The notes: generated by a model not told the origin, from the letters alone. A DNA stretch of 64,000 bases from Solirubrobacterales bacterium (GCA_045805805.1 JBJMKO010000144.1:629-64628); one strand, 5' to 3'. Positions 34,698 through 43,931 are shown, counted from the first letter of the stretch. Made by a program: numbers and translations.

Positions 34698-35098
34698 TGA
34701 CCTTGCGGAAATCTGAGGAGATCCTCGACTTCGCAAGGAAGGTCCCTTGCCCGGTCGACGATCTCTGGATCCCCGGTCATGATCACTGCTTCGTTCTCAG
34801 CCGCAAGAGTGATGGCGAAGCAATCGGCCAGTGCGATGGGATGCTCTGTCTTGAGGCTCGCAACCGCCCGCATCGCCGACACGCCGGGCAGATCCTCGCT
34901 GACCTGTGAACGCAGCTCGGAAATAGCTCGGTCGGCCTCGTCCTTGCCGTGATCGCGAGTCAAGCGATAGCTGACCTCGACCAAGTTGATCCAACTCATG
35001 GCCGGCCGTTCGCGATCAAGCGCCTCAGCAACGGCCCCAGCGGCGGGTTCGTCGCCATCCAGCCAAGCCAGCACTGCCCACGAGTCCAGGCAGACCAC
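34694..35098 (-). CDS. vapC: PIN-domain toxin VapC
   Basis: 134 aa with N-terminal VCLDSWAVLAWL (first acidic residue) and a later GDPEI. It sits immediately downstream of an AbrB-type antitoxin gene. Confidence 0.85.
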   Translation of the reverse strand: MVCLDSWAVLAWLDGDEPAAGAVAEALDRERPAMSWINLVEVSYRLTRDHGKDEADRAISELRSQVSEDLPGVSAMRAVASLKTEHPIALADCFAITLAAENEAVIMTGDPEIVDRARDLPCEVEDLLRFPQGH

Positions 35099-35100
35099 CG

Positions 35101-35325
35101 CTACGGTCGCTCGCTGCGGCGATCTTCGATCAGCCGCGCCGCCATCCCACTGCCAGAGAACCTTCCTCGCAGCGTCGAGTGCCGATCTGCTCGCCGCACC
35201 ACGATGCCGTCATCCACGGGCTCAAATGAAACTCCGGCGCCCGGTCCCAGGCCCGCTCGCTCACGCAGATCCTTTGGGATCACAACTTGGCCCTTGGCAC
35301 CCATTCGCTGAGTCATACCTGCCAA
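35101..35325 (-). CDS. vapB: AbrB/MazE/SpoVT-family antitoxin VapB
   Basis: 74 aa with GAKGQVVIPKDLRERAGLGPG, a swapped-hairpin motif. The start may be ATG 35316. Confidence 0.8.
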   Translation of the reverse strand: MAGMTQRMGAKGQVVIPKDLRERAGLGPGAGVSFEPVDDGIVVRRADRHSTLRGRFSGSGMAARLIEDRRSERP

Positions 35326-35392
35326 GTATAACGAAGTGGAGGAAGCTTGAGAAGTTCTTTCGGTAGCTCTTCCAGCCTCTCCAATAAGGCCA

Positions 35393-35465
35393 TACCGCTA
35401 CGGGGATTCGAACCCCGGTTTCCGGACTGAGAATCCGGCGTCCTAGTCCCCTAGACGATAGCGGC
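35393..35465 (-). tRNA. tRNA-Glu (anticodon CUC)
   Basis: Reverse complement GCCGCTATCGTCTAGGGGACTAGGACGCCGGATTCTCAGTCCGGAAACCGGGGTTCGAATCCCCGTAGCGGTA folds as a cloverleaf with anticodon loop TTCTCAG. The 1-72 pair is G-U. Confidence 0.88.
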
Positions 35466-35602
35466 GAGGAAGCGTCAGTTTAGCGATATGGGCGGTGGGC
35501 CTCTCACTGGGAGCTTCTGATTGTCGGACTGGATTTATCGAACGCTCGTTCGCTTCGCTGCCCGATCTCCCAACTCGCCAACTCGGTAGATTGCAGGGGC
35601 TG

Positions 35603-35686
35603 GCGGCTGTGGCGAAATTGGTATACGCGCGAGCTTCAGGTGCTCGTGGGGGAAACCCCGTGGAGGTTCGAGTCCTCTCAGCCGCA
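35603..35686 (+). tRNA. tRNA-Leu (anticodon CAG)
   Basis: GCGGCTGTGGCGAAATTGGTATACGCGCGAGCTTCAGGTGCTCGTGGGGGAAACCCCGTGGAGGTTCGAGTCCTCTCAGCCGCA. Long variable arm, anticodon loop TTCAGGT. Confidence 0.9.
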
Positions 35687-35728
35687 TCGAGTGCAGGCTT
35701 CTATTCGGCTGCTTGATGCGGACTAGCT

Positions 35729-36649
35729 TCAGGCAGCCTGCCTGGCCGGCGCTCGCCGGTCCTCCGCCCGGGCGGCGTTGTCGGCGATCTCGTCGATGAA
35801 GATCGGCCAGAGGGCCCGGGGCAGATCGTGGCCCATGCCCTCGACCATCCGCAGGCGGGCGTTGGGTATGGCTCGGGCGGTGGCGCGGCCGCCGCTGGGG
35901 CGCACGAGCGGGTCGCGGGTGCCGTGGATCACGGTCACCGGCAGGCGCAGCTTGCGCAGGGCCGGCGTGCGGTCGCCCGAGGCGGTGATCGCGTGCATCT
36001 GGCGCAGCACGCCCTTGGGGTTGTGCGAGCGGTCATACATCCGCCCCGCCATCTCGCGGAATCGCGGCGCGTCCATCGGGTAAGAGGGAGAGCCGACGAC
36101 TCGGAATGTCTTGACGATGCGCTCGACGTAGGCATCGCGTCCCCGCGGGGCCTCGGCGAGCATGATCCCGAAGGCCTTCAGCGTCGGCGTGCCCACCCAG
36201 CGGCTGCCGGTCGTCGACATGATCGAGACCAGCGAGCGGACCCGGTCGGCGTGCTCGATCGCCAGCGTCTGGGCGATCATCCCGCCCATCGAGGCGCCGA
36301 CCACGTGTGCCGACTCGATCCCCAGGTGGTCCATCAGGCCGATCGCGTCGGTCGCCATGTCGGAGAGCAGGTAGGGCGCGGTCGAGCGGCGGCCGAGGAA
36401 GAGATCCGCCCGCCTCGGCACCCCGGCGCTTTCCAGCATCGTCGAGTGGCCGATATCGCGGTTGTCGAAGCGCACCACGCGAAAGCCGCGCTCGGCCAGC
36501 AGCTCGCAGAGCTCCTCGTCCCAGCCGAGCATCTGCGTCCCCAGCCCCATCACCAGCAGCAGCGGGTCACCGTCGGGGTCGCCGACCTCCTGGTAAGCGA
36601 GCTCGATGCCGTTGCACGGCGCCAAGCGCTCTTCGCTAAGACCGGCCAT
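35729..36649 (-). CDS. alpha/beta-fold hydrolase
   Basis: From ATG 36649: MAGLSEERLAPCNGIELAYQEVGDPDGDPLLLVMGLG. Nucleophile elbow GASMGG, C-terminal GMGHDLP. The long upstream ORF extension in the track is not credible. Confidence 0.85.
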   Translation of the reverse strand: MAGLSEERLAPCNGIELAYQEVGDPDGDPLLLVMGLGTQMLGWDEELCELLAERGFRVVRFDNRDIGHSTMLESAGVPRRADLFLGRRSTAPYLLSDMATDAIGLMDHLGIESAHVVGASMGGMIAQTLAIEHADRVRSLVSIMSTTGSRWVGTPTLKAFGIMLAEAPRGRDAYVERIVKTFRVVGSPSYPMDAPRFREMAGRMYDRSHNPKGVLRQMHAITASGDRTPALRKLRLPVTVIHGTRDPLVRPSGGRATARAIPNARLRMVEGMGHDLPRALWPIFIDEIADNAARAEDRRAPARQAA

Positions 36650-36766
36650 CCGGCGGAAGTCTAGCCAGACTGGCCGGGCAGCCAAACGACGCGCATCGCA
36701 CCTGGGGGCTAATCCCTCCCCAAACGCGATGCGCATCGGTGCCGAACGGCTAGGTTGCGTCCCTCG

Positions 36767-37900
36767 ATGCGAACCGCGATCGTCTCCGACCTCCACCTGG
36801 GCAGCGCCGACGGCGAGGATCTGGGACGCGATACGGCGATGCGCCGCGTCCTTCTGGACGAGATCCGCGGTGCCGACCGCCTCGTCCTGCTCGGCGACGT
36901 GCTCGAGCTGCGCCAGCTGCCGATGGCACGCGTGTTGGAGACCGTCCGTCCCTTCTTCGAGGAGCTCGGCGAGGCGATGGCCGGTCGCCGCGTCGTCCTC
37001 GTGCCGGGCAACCACGACCACCGCCTCGCCGAGCCGCTGCTGGACGAGGTGGCGCTGGCCGGTGACGCGCTCGGCCTCGAGCACCGCGGCCTGCCCGCGG
37101 GCGAGCCGGCGACGCGGATCGCTGGCTGGCTCGGAGAGGCCGAGCTCGGCATCGCCTACCCGGGTGTCTGGCTGCGCGACGACGTCTACGCGACCCACGG
37201 CCACTACATGGACTGCCACATGAGCCTGCCGCGGCTGGAGTGCGTTGCCGCGGCCGCGGTCATGCGCGCCGCCGGCCAGCCGCCCGACCCGGCCGGCCCC
37301 GCCGACTACGAGCGCGTCCTGCGGCCGATCTACGGCCTTGCCTACGCCCTCGCCGAGACCAGCCTCGCCGCCGGCGCCACCCTCCCGTCCGAGCATGCCT
37401 GGCGCGCCATCTCGGGCCGCCGGCGCAAGGGCGGCCGTGCCCGCAAGGCCGCCGCGAAAGCGGCAGTCTCCGCCGGCGTCCCAAGCAGCGTCTGGCTCCT
37501 CAACCGCCTCTTCCGCGCCGACTTCGATCCCGACCTCTCCCCCGCATCGATCGCGCGCAGCGGCATCGACGCGGCGATCGAGCTGTCGCGGCGGCTACGA
37601 GTCGAGGCGGCCCACACGATCACCGGCCACACCCACCGCGGCGGCCCAGAAGAGAGCGACGCCGAGTGGCCGCTACCCGGCGGCGGTCGCCTCCACAACA
37701 CCGGCAGCTGGGTCTACGCCGACGCCTTCCACCACCCCGGCTCCCCACCCGGGCCCTACTGGCCGGGAACCGTCACCTGGGTCGAGGACGAGGGGCCGCC
37801 GCGCCGCGTGCGCCTGCTGCTCGACCACCCGCGCGAGGAGCTGCAAGACGCGGTCAAGCGAACCGCCCAGCGGTCGACGGGCCTCAAAGTCGACATATAG
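36767..37900 (+). CDS. metallophosphoesterase
   Basis: MRTAIVSDLHLG, LLGDVLEL and PGNHDH are calcineurin-like phosphoesterase motifs. TTG at 36755 is an alternative start. Confidence 0.8.
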   Translation: MRTAIVSDLHLGSADGEDLGRDTAMRRVLLDEIRGADRLVLLGDVLELRQLPMARVLETVRPFFEELGEAMAGRRVVLVPGNHDHRLAEPLLDEVALAGDALGLEHRGLPAGEPATRIAGWLGEAELGIAYPGVWLRDDVYATHGHYMDCHMSLPRLECVAAAAVMRAAGQPPDPAGPADYERVLRPIYGLAYALAETSLAAGATLPSEHAWRAISGRRRKGGRARKAAAKAAVSAGVPSSVWLLNRLFRADFDPDLSPASIARSGIDAAIELSRRLRVEAAHTITGHTHRGGPEESDAEWPLPGGGRLHNTGSWVYADAFHHPGSPPGPYWPGTVTWVEDEGPPRRVRLLLDHPREELQDAVKRTAQRSTGLKVDI

Positions 37901-37922
37901 GCGGCTTTCAGCTCGCCGGGGG

Positions 37923-38792
37923 CTACAACCACTCGGCGATGATGCGGCCGATCTCCGGCCCGGCGTCCTCCTGGAGGAAGTGGCCGGCGTTCTCGATCGG
38001 GCGCGGCGCCGGAAAGTTGAGCTGCTCGGAGACCCGCTCGCCGACCGAGAAGGGAAGGACCGGATCGGAGTCCGCCCAGAGCACCAGGGTCGGGCGCTCG
38101 TCCTCGCGCAGGGCGTCGGCGACGCGCTTGCCCTCTGCGGCGCCAGGCGCGTCGGGCTCGGTCGGCAGGATCAGCGGGAAGGCACGCGCTCCGGCCTTCG
38201 ACTCGGGGCTCGGGTAGGGCGCTTCGTAGGCGGCGATCACCTCGTCACCGGGATCGTTCTTGCAGCCGCCCCGCACCAGCATCCCGATCGGCACGTCGGC
38301 GGTCTCGCGGACGAAGTCGCGGAAGGCTAGCCAGGCATCGCTCATCCGCTGGTGGCCGGTGAACGGCCCCGTCTCCATGATCACGATGCGGGAAAAGCGG
38401 TCGGGATGCTCGATCGCGAGCCGCAACCCGATCGGCCCGCCCCAGTCGTGGACGATGGCGGTGGCGTCGCGCACGTCAAGCTCCTCGAGCAGTTTCGACA
38501 TCAGCTCGACATGGCGGTCGTAGGTGTACCACTCGAGGTCGGTGGGCTTGTCGGAGCGGCCAAAGCCGGCGTAGTCGGGGGCGATGCAGCGGAAGCCGGC
38601 GTCGCGCACCGGCGGGATCACCTTGCGCCAGAGGAACGACCAGGTCGGCTCGCCGTGGAAGAAGACGACGGGCTTGCCTTCGCCCTCGTCGAGGAAGGCC
38701 AGGCGCAGGCCGTCGACCTCCCGGTAGCTCGACTCGAAGGGGAAGTCGGGCAGCCCCTGCAGGCTCTGCTCCGGCGTGCGAACCACGTCCAT
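37923..38792 (-). CDS. haloalkane dehalogenase-type alpha/beta hydrolase
   Basis: From ATG 38792: MDVVRTPEQSLQGLPDFPFESSYREVDGLRLAFLDEG, HGEPTWSFLWR, nucleophile HDWGG, C-terminal GHFLQED. Confidence 0.85.
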   Translation of the reverse strand: MDVVRTPEQSLQGLPDFPFESSYREVDGLRLAFLDEGEGKPVVFFHGEPTWSFLWRKVIPPVRDAGFRCIAPDYAGFGRSDKPTDLEWYTYDRHVELMSKLLEELDVRDATAIVHDWGGPIGLRLAIEHPDRFSRIVIMETGPFTGHQRMSDAWLAFRDFVRETADVPIGMLVRGGCKNDPGDEVIAAYEAPYPSPESKAGARAFPLILPTEPDAPGAAEGKRVADALREDERPTLVLWADSDPVLPFSVGERVSEQLNFPAPRPIENAGHFLQEDAGPEIGRIIAEWL

Positions 38793-39024
38793 GGCGTGGA
38801 GCCTAGATGAACCGCTCCGGTCGGAAAGACGCCGCCGCTGGAGCCTCCGGCCATGTCGTAGATACCCGGAACGGTCGGCGGGTCCGGGAAACCACTGCCG
38901 ATGCGGCACCGGCCAGGGCAAGAAGCATCAAAAGTGCCGCTCGCAGGAACTGCCTGTCGGGCAGCGAAGCCGCTCCTAGTGTCAATCTCGTTTTATCCAA
39001 GCTGGGTGTCAGAAAGGCTGAGCA

Positions 39025-39408
39025 ATGAATGAGGAGAGCACACTAAGCGGCTGGTGGGTATTCGCCGGCGTCCTGCTGCTGGTCGCCGGGGTCTTGAACA
39101 TCATCTACGGCATCGCCGCGATCGGCGACTCGAAGTTTTTCACGGAGAACGCCACTTACATAATCAGCGGCCTGCACACCTGGGGCTGGATCATTCTGAT
39201 CATCGGCGTACTCGAGCTCGTCGCCGCGTTCTCGCTTTTCTCCGGGGGAGAATTCGGGCGCTGGTTCGGAATCTTCATCGCCTCGCTCAACGCGATCGGC
39301 GCGCTGCTCTCGATCCCCGCCTACCCCTTCTGGTCGCTGGCGATCTTCGCCCTGGCGATCATCATCGTCTACAAGCTCTCTGAGGGCCCTGAAGGGGCGG
39401 TCAGCTAG
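39025..39408 (+). CDS. small integral membrane protein (4 TM, HdeD/DUF308-like)
   Basis: 127 aa made almost entirely of four hydrophobic helices. Visibly lower GC than its neighbours. Confidence 0.6.
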   Translation: MNEESTLSGWWVFAGVLLLVAGVLNIIYGIAAIGDSKFFTENATYIISGLHTWGWIILIIGVLELVAAFSLFSGGEFGRWFGIFIASLNAIGALLSIPAYPFWSLAIFALAIIIVYKLSEGPEGAVS

Positions 39409-40483
39409 AAGACGGTCCAGCAACATGCTGCGTGCGAAGGCCCCGGGTTTCCGGGGCCTTCGCCGTTGAGGGGGCCTCCGCCGCGACCATCTCGTGGTCT
39501 TCGAGGCGCGACCATGGCGCCAGCCTGCGCTCGTCGTCCTCGTAGAGAACGTCGACCCGGCTGAGCCGGTCGTCCCAGCCCCGGCGGCGCTCGTCGAAGA
39601 AGATGCCGAGGAAGCCGAGGCCGAAGGCGAGCACCGCCAGCGCCATACCGATCAGGCGCCGCACCGAGAGCCCGAAGCGCAACCCGCGTCCCTCGACGCC
39701 GAGCCTGATCCCGACGAAGCGCATGCCCAGCGTCTGCCCGGCGAGGCACCAGAAGCCGACCAGGTAGACGGCACCCAGCGCCAGCCAAGCCATCGTCCCC
39801 ACCGCCAGCACGAGGTCGGAGACGCCGTTGCCGTTGCCGGTGAAGGCGGAGGCGATCAGTGCCGCCACGGCGGCGATGCCGGAGAAGGCGAGGTTGATCA
39901 GCAGCGCGTCGAGCCCGAAGGCGACCCCGCGGGTGAACGCGCCGGCGCGGTCGGTTGGCTCGGCTCGGCGCTTGCGGAACGTCACCCTCCGCACCACGCC
40001 CTCGGCGGTCCCGTCCAGCCGGCGGGTGCCCCTGCCGATCGTGTGGCCGACGTCCCCGATCATCCCCACGCTCTGGGCGCTGATCGCGGCCCGCAACTCC
40101 GGTGCCTCGGCGATCCGCTCGACCAGCCGCTGCGTCTCGTCGCTGGCCAGCAGCCGCCGCCAGACCTCGTCGACCAGCTCGCTGTCGAGCGCCTCGATCA
40201 GGGCCTGCTTGACGGCGTCGCTCTCCAGGGCGCTGTTCATCGCCTCCTCGACGACGGGGCCCTTCAGGACCCGCGCCAGCGCTCGTTCGACCGCTTCGCT
40301 CTCGATCGCGGCGACCATCGCCTCCTCGGCGGCGCTCTCCACCGCTCGGTCGATCCCGGCGGCCTTGGTCACGCTGCGGGCGCTGCGCACCCCGGCGCCG
40401 AGCAGGCGCACCGAGAGCGGCAGCGGCCTACCCGAGGGCCCGTCGCCGGGCGGGGTCGAGTTCGGTTCGGGGCCGTCAGCCAT
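39401..40483 (-). CDS. RDD-family membrane protein with long helical N-terminal region
   Basis: From ATG 40483 (MADGPEPNS). The C-terminal part has FTRGVAFGLDALLINL...GWDDRLSRVDVLY, the RDD pattern. Confidence 0.7.
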   Translation of the reverse strand: MADGPEPNSTPPGDGPSGRPLPLSVRLLGAGVRSARSVTKAAGIDRAVESAAEEAMVAAIESEAVERALARVLKGPVVEEAMNSALESDAVKQALIEALDSELVDEVWRRLLASDETQRLVERIAEAPELRAAISAQSVGMIGDVGHTIGRGTRRLDGTAEGVVRRVTFRKRRAEPTDRAGAFTRGVAFGLDALLINLAFSGIAAVAALIASAFTGNGNGVSDLVLAVGTMAWLALGAVYLVGFWCLAGQTLGMRFVGIRLGVEGRGLRFGLSVRRLIGMALAVLAFGLGFLGIFFDERRRGWDDRLSRVDVLYEDDERRLAPWSRLEDHEMVAAEAPSTAKAPETRGLRTQHVAGPSSS

Positions 40484-40560
40484 CGCCCGGCGAGTATAGG
40501 TCGCGGTACAACGCGTTACCCCCATTACCCGGTGGACAACGCGTTGCACGGGCTATGAAT

Positions 40561-41076
40561 TCACGCGAGGCGGTCGAGGAACTCGGCCTGCGCAGGGTTG
40601 ATCTTCTCCCTCGCCCGCTCGAGGCCGAACCACTCCGCGCGATCCACCTCGGGGAACTCGCGCTCAACACCCGAGCGAGGCGGCCACTCCATCGTGAAGG
40701 TGTTGCTGCGCAGGCCGGCGGGATCGAAGTCGCCCCCCGCCGCCCAGCAAAGGACGACCTTGCCTCCCTTCTGGCGCACCGACCCGAGCTCGATCAGCTC
40801 CTCCGGCATGAAGGAGAACGGTGCGCCCAGCTCCTCCTCGATCTCGCGCAGCGCGCAGGCCAGCGGCTCCTCACCGTCTCCCACCTCTCCCTTCGGAATC
40901 GACCAGGCACCCTCGTCCTTCTTTGCCCAGAACGGGCCCCCGGGGTGGACAAGCAGGACCTCCACCGCGTCCCCGGAGGGGCGAAAGAGCAGGATCCCGG
41001 CGCTGGTCGAGGGCACGGGCCTGACGCTAGCCGAGCCGCCCACAGGCCGCAATCGCCCGAGCGACCGCCCGGCCAT
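40561..41076 (-). CDS. NUDIX hydrolase
   Basis: Nudix box GEVGDGEEPLACALREIEEELG. The start was placed at ATG 41076 (MAGRSLG). Confidence 0.8.
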   Translation of the reverse strand: MAGRSLGRLRPVGGSASVRPVPSTSAGILLFRPSGDAVEVLLVHPGGPFWAKKDEGAWSIPKGEVGDGEEPLACALREIEEELGAPFSFMPEELIELGSVRQKGGKVVLCWAAGGDFDPAGLRSNTFTMEWPPRSGVEREFPEVDRAEWFGLERAREKINPAQAEFLDRLA

Positions 41077-41129
41077 CGCGAGGTCCGACCGCTGGACCTG
41101 AGAGGGTCGAGCTTGCCCAGTCGCCCAGA

Positions 41130-42317
41130 ATGCGCCGAAAGGAATTACCCCTCGTGCACAAGAAGACCCGGATCGTCGCGGCACTCGCCCTCCTCAGCCT
41201 CGGTCTCCTCGGAGCGGGCTGCGGCAGCTCCAGCTCCGACAGCGGCTCGGGCGCGTTCCGGGTCGGGCTCGAGGCGCCGCTCTCCGGCGAACAGTCGGTC
41301 CTCGGCGAGGGAATGCTGAAGGGCGCGGAACTGGCGGCAACGCAGCTGAACGCGGACAACGGGATCCTCGGCAAGCAGGTCGAGATCGTTCCGATCGACG
41401 ACGCCGCCGATCCCGCGACCGGGGTCAAGGCGGCCAAGGCCGCCATCGCCGACGGACTCGACGGCATCGTCGGCCCCTACAACTCCGGCGTCGGCGTCGA
41501 AACCCTGCCGCTCTACATCGAAGCCGGCCTGGTGCCGATCAGGCTCACCTCCGACTCCTCGACCAACGGCCTCGGCTTCACCCTGCAGCCGATGACCTAC
41601 CAGATCGCGCCTGTCGCCTCACAAGCACTGATCGGCTGGCTCGGGGCTAAATCCGTCGCGATTGCCTACGACCCGACCCAGAACTACACGGTCTCGGTCT
41701 CCAAGAAGCTCAAGGGGTCGCTCGAAGGCCTCGGCGTCACCGTGACCGCCTACGAGAAGGTGCAGCCGGGCAAGAAGTCCTACACCGATGTGGTCGAAAA
41801 GCTCGCCGCCGCCAAGCCGGACGTCATCTATGCCGCGGTCTACTTCCCCGAGGGAGGCCTGATCGCCAAGGAGATGCAGCAGGGCAAGGTGAAATCGCAA
41901 TGCGTCGCCGACTACGCCTCTTACGACACCGGCTTCGTCGAAACGGCCGGGGCGGCGGCCGCGCAAGCGTGTCCGGTGGTCGGCGTGCCGGCGCCCGGCG
42001 ACTTCGCCGGCGCCGCCCCCAAGGTGGCCGAATACCGCAACGAATTCGGCCAGGATCCCGGCACCTGGAGCCCCTACACCTACGACTCGCTGAACTTCCT
42101 CGCCCACGGTGCCAAGAAAGCCGGCAGCACCGCCTCGGCCAAGCTCACAAAGGCCCTCGACGGAGTCAAGGGCCGGCAGGGCTGGACCGGCTCGATCACG
42201 ATCGACCCCGACAACGGCAACCGCCAGCCCGCAACCGTGGTGATCGTCGACACGGACAAGAACGGCCAGCTCCACGTCGACGAGAGCTGGGCCAAAGCCG
42301 TCGGCGCTCCTTACTGA
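41130..42317 (+). CDS. ABC transporter substrate-binding lipoprotein (branched-chain amino acid / LivJ-like)
   Basis: Lipobox LGLLGAGCG, then FRVGLEAPLSGEQSVLGEGMLKGAELAATQLNADNGILGKQVEIVPIDD, a typical type-I periplasmic binding fold. Confidence 0.85.
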   Translation: MRRKELPLVHKKTRIVAALALLSLGLLGAGCGSSSSDSGSGAFRVGLEAPLSGEQSVLGEGMLKGAELAATQLNADNGILGKQVEIVPIDDAADPATGVKAAKAAIADGLDGIVGPYNSGVGVETLPLYIEAGLVPIRLTSDSSTNGLGFTLQPMTYQIAPVASQALIGWLGAKSVAIAYDPTQNYTVSVSKKLKGSLEGLGVTVTAYEKVQPGKKSYTDVVEKLAAAKPDVIYAAVYFPEGGLIAKEMQQGKVKSQCVADYASYDTGFVETAGAAAAQACPVVGVPAPGDFAGAAPKVAEYRNEFGQDPGTWSPYTYDSLNFLAHGAKKAGSTASAKLTKALDGVKGRQGWTGSITIDPDNGNRQPATVVIVDTDKNGQLHVDESWAKAVGAPY

Positions 42318-42473
42318 GGGAGTGCCGTCAGCTGGACGATCGGGATCGTCCGACCCACCCTCGCCGCTTCCCGGCAGTACGCCGCGTAACACGGTCTGCG
42401 AGCGCCCAGAGCCTCCGGCGCTCTGCCTCGTCACCGACCACCGTCGCCCGCATCGGGCCGATCGGCCCGATGG

Positions 42474-42776
42474 TCAGGCTGAGGCCGCCTCCGGCTCGGG
42501 ATCGGGTCGGATAACCACTGTGTCGACGATCTCGAGGATCTCATCGGCGGGCATCCCTACCCGGCCGGCGTGATCGCGGACCGCGTCCTCTCCACTCGCC
42601 TGGTAGATGCAGACAGTGCCAAGGGTGCCACCCGGCTCGCCGATCACATAGCTGCGAATCCAGCGGATGTCGTCGGGGAAATCATCCTCGGCGACCTGTT
42701 TAGACCGCCCGGCGGCGGCTTCCAGCGCCTGCGGGTTCTCCCATGCCTTCTCGCGGCGGATCACGTATGTCTTCAT
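42474..42776 (-). CDS. DUF4242-like small protein
   Basis: From ATG 42776: MKTYVIRREKAWENPQALEAAAGRSKQV...IRWIRSYVIGEPGGTLGTVCIYQASGEDAVRDHAGRVGMPADEILEI. The family was recalled from memory and is tentative. Confidence 0.55.
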   Translation of the reverse strand: MKTYVIRREKAWENPQALEAAAGRSKQVAEDDFPDDIRWIRSYVIGEPGGTLGTVCIYQASGEDAVRDHAGRVGMPADEILEIVDTVVIRPDPEPEAASA

Positions 42777-42846
42777 TTCGCTCCTCCAGTAGCACGGTTT
42801 ACAGACTGACAGTCGGTAATACACCCCTACACCCGTAGCCGTCAAG

Positions 42847-42940
42847 GTGCTCAAAGTGCGAGGACGCCCCAGTAAAGGAGCGCGAGAGGCCGTGGTCGAG
42901 GCGGCCCGCGACCTCTTCGTGGAGCGCGATTACGACCGTC
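42847..42940 (+). pseudogene. TetR-family N-terminal fragment
   Basis: RGRPSKGAREAVVEAARDLFVERDYDR is the start of a TetR HTH domain. Resemblance stops after about 31 codons and the frame then runs into the tRNA-Pro duplicate. Confidence 0.35.
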
Positions 42941-42993
42941 TCGATAACCATGCCGGTACAACAGACGCCCCAAGATCCATGAACGAAGCCAAA

Positions 42994-43076
42994 GAGTCGA
43001 GAACCCGCTCTAGAAGGCGGGCTCTCGAAAATCGGGGAGACAGGATTTGAACCTGCGACCGCTCGGCCCCCAGCCG
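42994..43076. repeat. duplicate of the tRNA-Pro 3' half plus its downstream hairpin (att-like direct repeat, left copy)
   Basis: 43032-43076 is identical over 45 nt to 43829-43873 (the 3' half of tRNA-Pro). 42994-43031 is near-identical to 43792-43828, including the GAGCCCGC...GCGGGCTC hairpin. Confidence 0.85.
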
Positions 43077-43254
43077 GCCGATGCGAGTGCCATATGCGTC
43101 CGGCCGCGTCTCCCCGTCCCCGATCCTGGGCAAATCGGAGCTATCGGACGATGCGCCCGGTACCAAGCCGGTACTAACATCCTCCGATGCCTCCTTGATC
43201 GGGTGACTGGGATGGCGCCGGCAGCGTATACCGCCTCAGTACCAGAAGCCTGAC

Positions 43255-43485
43255 TTACTTCAGCAATGCGAGAAACTCGTCCCGGGAGATTCCGGCGTCG
43301 GAGAGGGTGCCGCTCAGCGTACCTCGCTTGATGTCCTTGGCGTGAACCGCGACGGTGACCACAATCGGGCTGTCAGGATGCATGAAGTGATGATGGCTGC
43401 CCTTCGAGCGGGCGAGTTTCCAGCCCTTTTGTTCGAGGACCCTGATCAGCTGCCGGGGACGGACCGACGGAAGCCGTCCGCTCAC
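43255..43485 (-). CDS. hicA: HicA-family mRNA interferase toxin
   Basis: 76 aa with RQLIRVLEQKGWKLARSKGSHHHFMHP, a typical HicA pattern. Confidence 0.88.
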   Translation of the reverse strand: MSGRLPSVRPRQLIRVLEQKGWKLARSKGSHHHFMHPDSPIVVTVAVHAKDIKRGTLSGTLSDAGISRDEFLALLK

Positions 43486-43709
43486 GCGGCGACGGTGATG
43501 CGCTCGATCAGCGCCGGCTGCGGCAGCGAGCGGCCCTCGTCCGCCAGCACCTCGAGGTATCCCTCGATCGCGTCCTTGGCCATCGAGAGAGCCTCTTCGC
43601 GAGTCTCACCCTGGGTATGGCAGCCGGGTAGAGCCGGCACCGACACGCTGAAGCCGCCCTCTTCTTCCGGCTGCAGCACGACCTCGAACTCATGGGATTT
43701 AGCCGTCAT
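43482..43709 (-). CDS. hicB: HicB-family antitoxin (short UPF0150 type)
   Basis: From ATG 43709: MTAKSHEFEVVLQPEEEGGFSVSVPALPGCHTQGETREEALSMAKDAIEGYLE. The stop overlaps the hicA start. Confidence 0.8.
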   Translation of the reverse strand: MTAKSHEFEVVLQPEEEGGFSVSVPALPGCHTQGETREEALSMAKDAIEGYLEVLADEGRSLPQPALIERITVAA

Positions 43710-43828
43710 GTCCAATCGCCTCGCACGCCAAGGATAGCCGCCAGCCATCCCAATTGTCTCTTCCGGTCCAGCTTGACTTGACAAGACCTCGGAGTCGAGA
43801 GCCCGCTCTAGAAGCGGGCTCTGGCTTA

Positions 43829-43902
43829 TCGGGGAGACAGGATTTGAACCTGCGACCGCTCGGCCCCCAGCCGAGTGCGCTACCAGACTGCGCCACTCCC
43901 CG
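43829..43902 (-). tRNA. tRNA-Pro (anticodon GGG)
   Basis: Reverse complement CGGGGAGTGGCGCAGTCTGGTAGCGCACTCGGCTGGGGGCCGAGCGGTCGCAGGTTCAAATCCTGTCTCCCCGA. All four arms pair, anticodon loop CTGGGGG. Confidence 0.92.
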
Positions 43903-43931
43903 TGGCTGCCTTACATTCTTACGAATCGCAT

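Noticed and set aside
34194-34736. 180-aa - strand ORF overlapping the PucR-like fragment
   Set aside because: It has Gly/Ala/Cys-rich composition without motifs. The + strand frame has regulator-like sequence and is preferred, itself only at low confidence.
43032-43076. Additional tRNA gene
   Set aside because: Only the 3' 45 nt of tRNA-Pro are present, with no acceptor 5' strand or D-arm. It is interpreted as an att-like duplicate.
42994-43902. Prophage or integrative element at tRNA-Pro
   Set aside because: No integrase, excisionase, or phage or conjugation genes lie between or next to the repeats. Only a remnant or mini-cassette interpretation is supportable.
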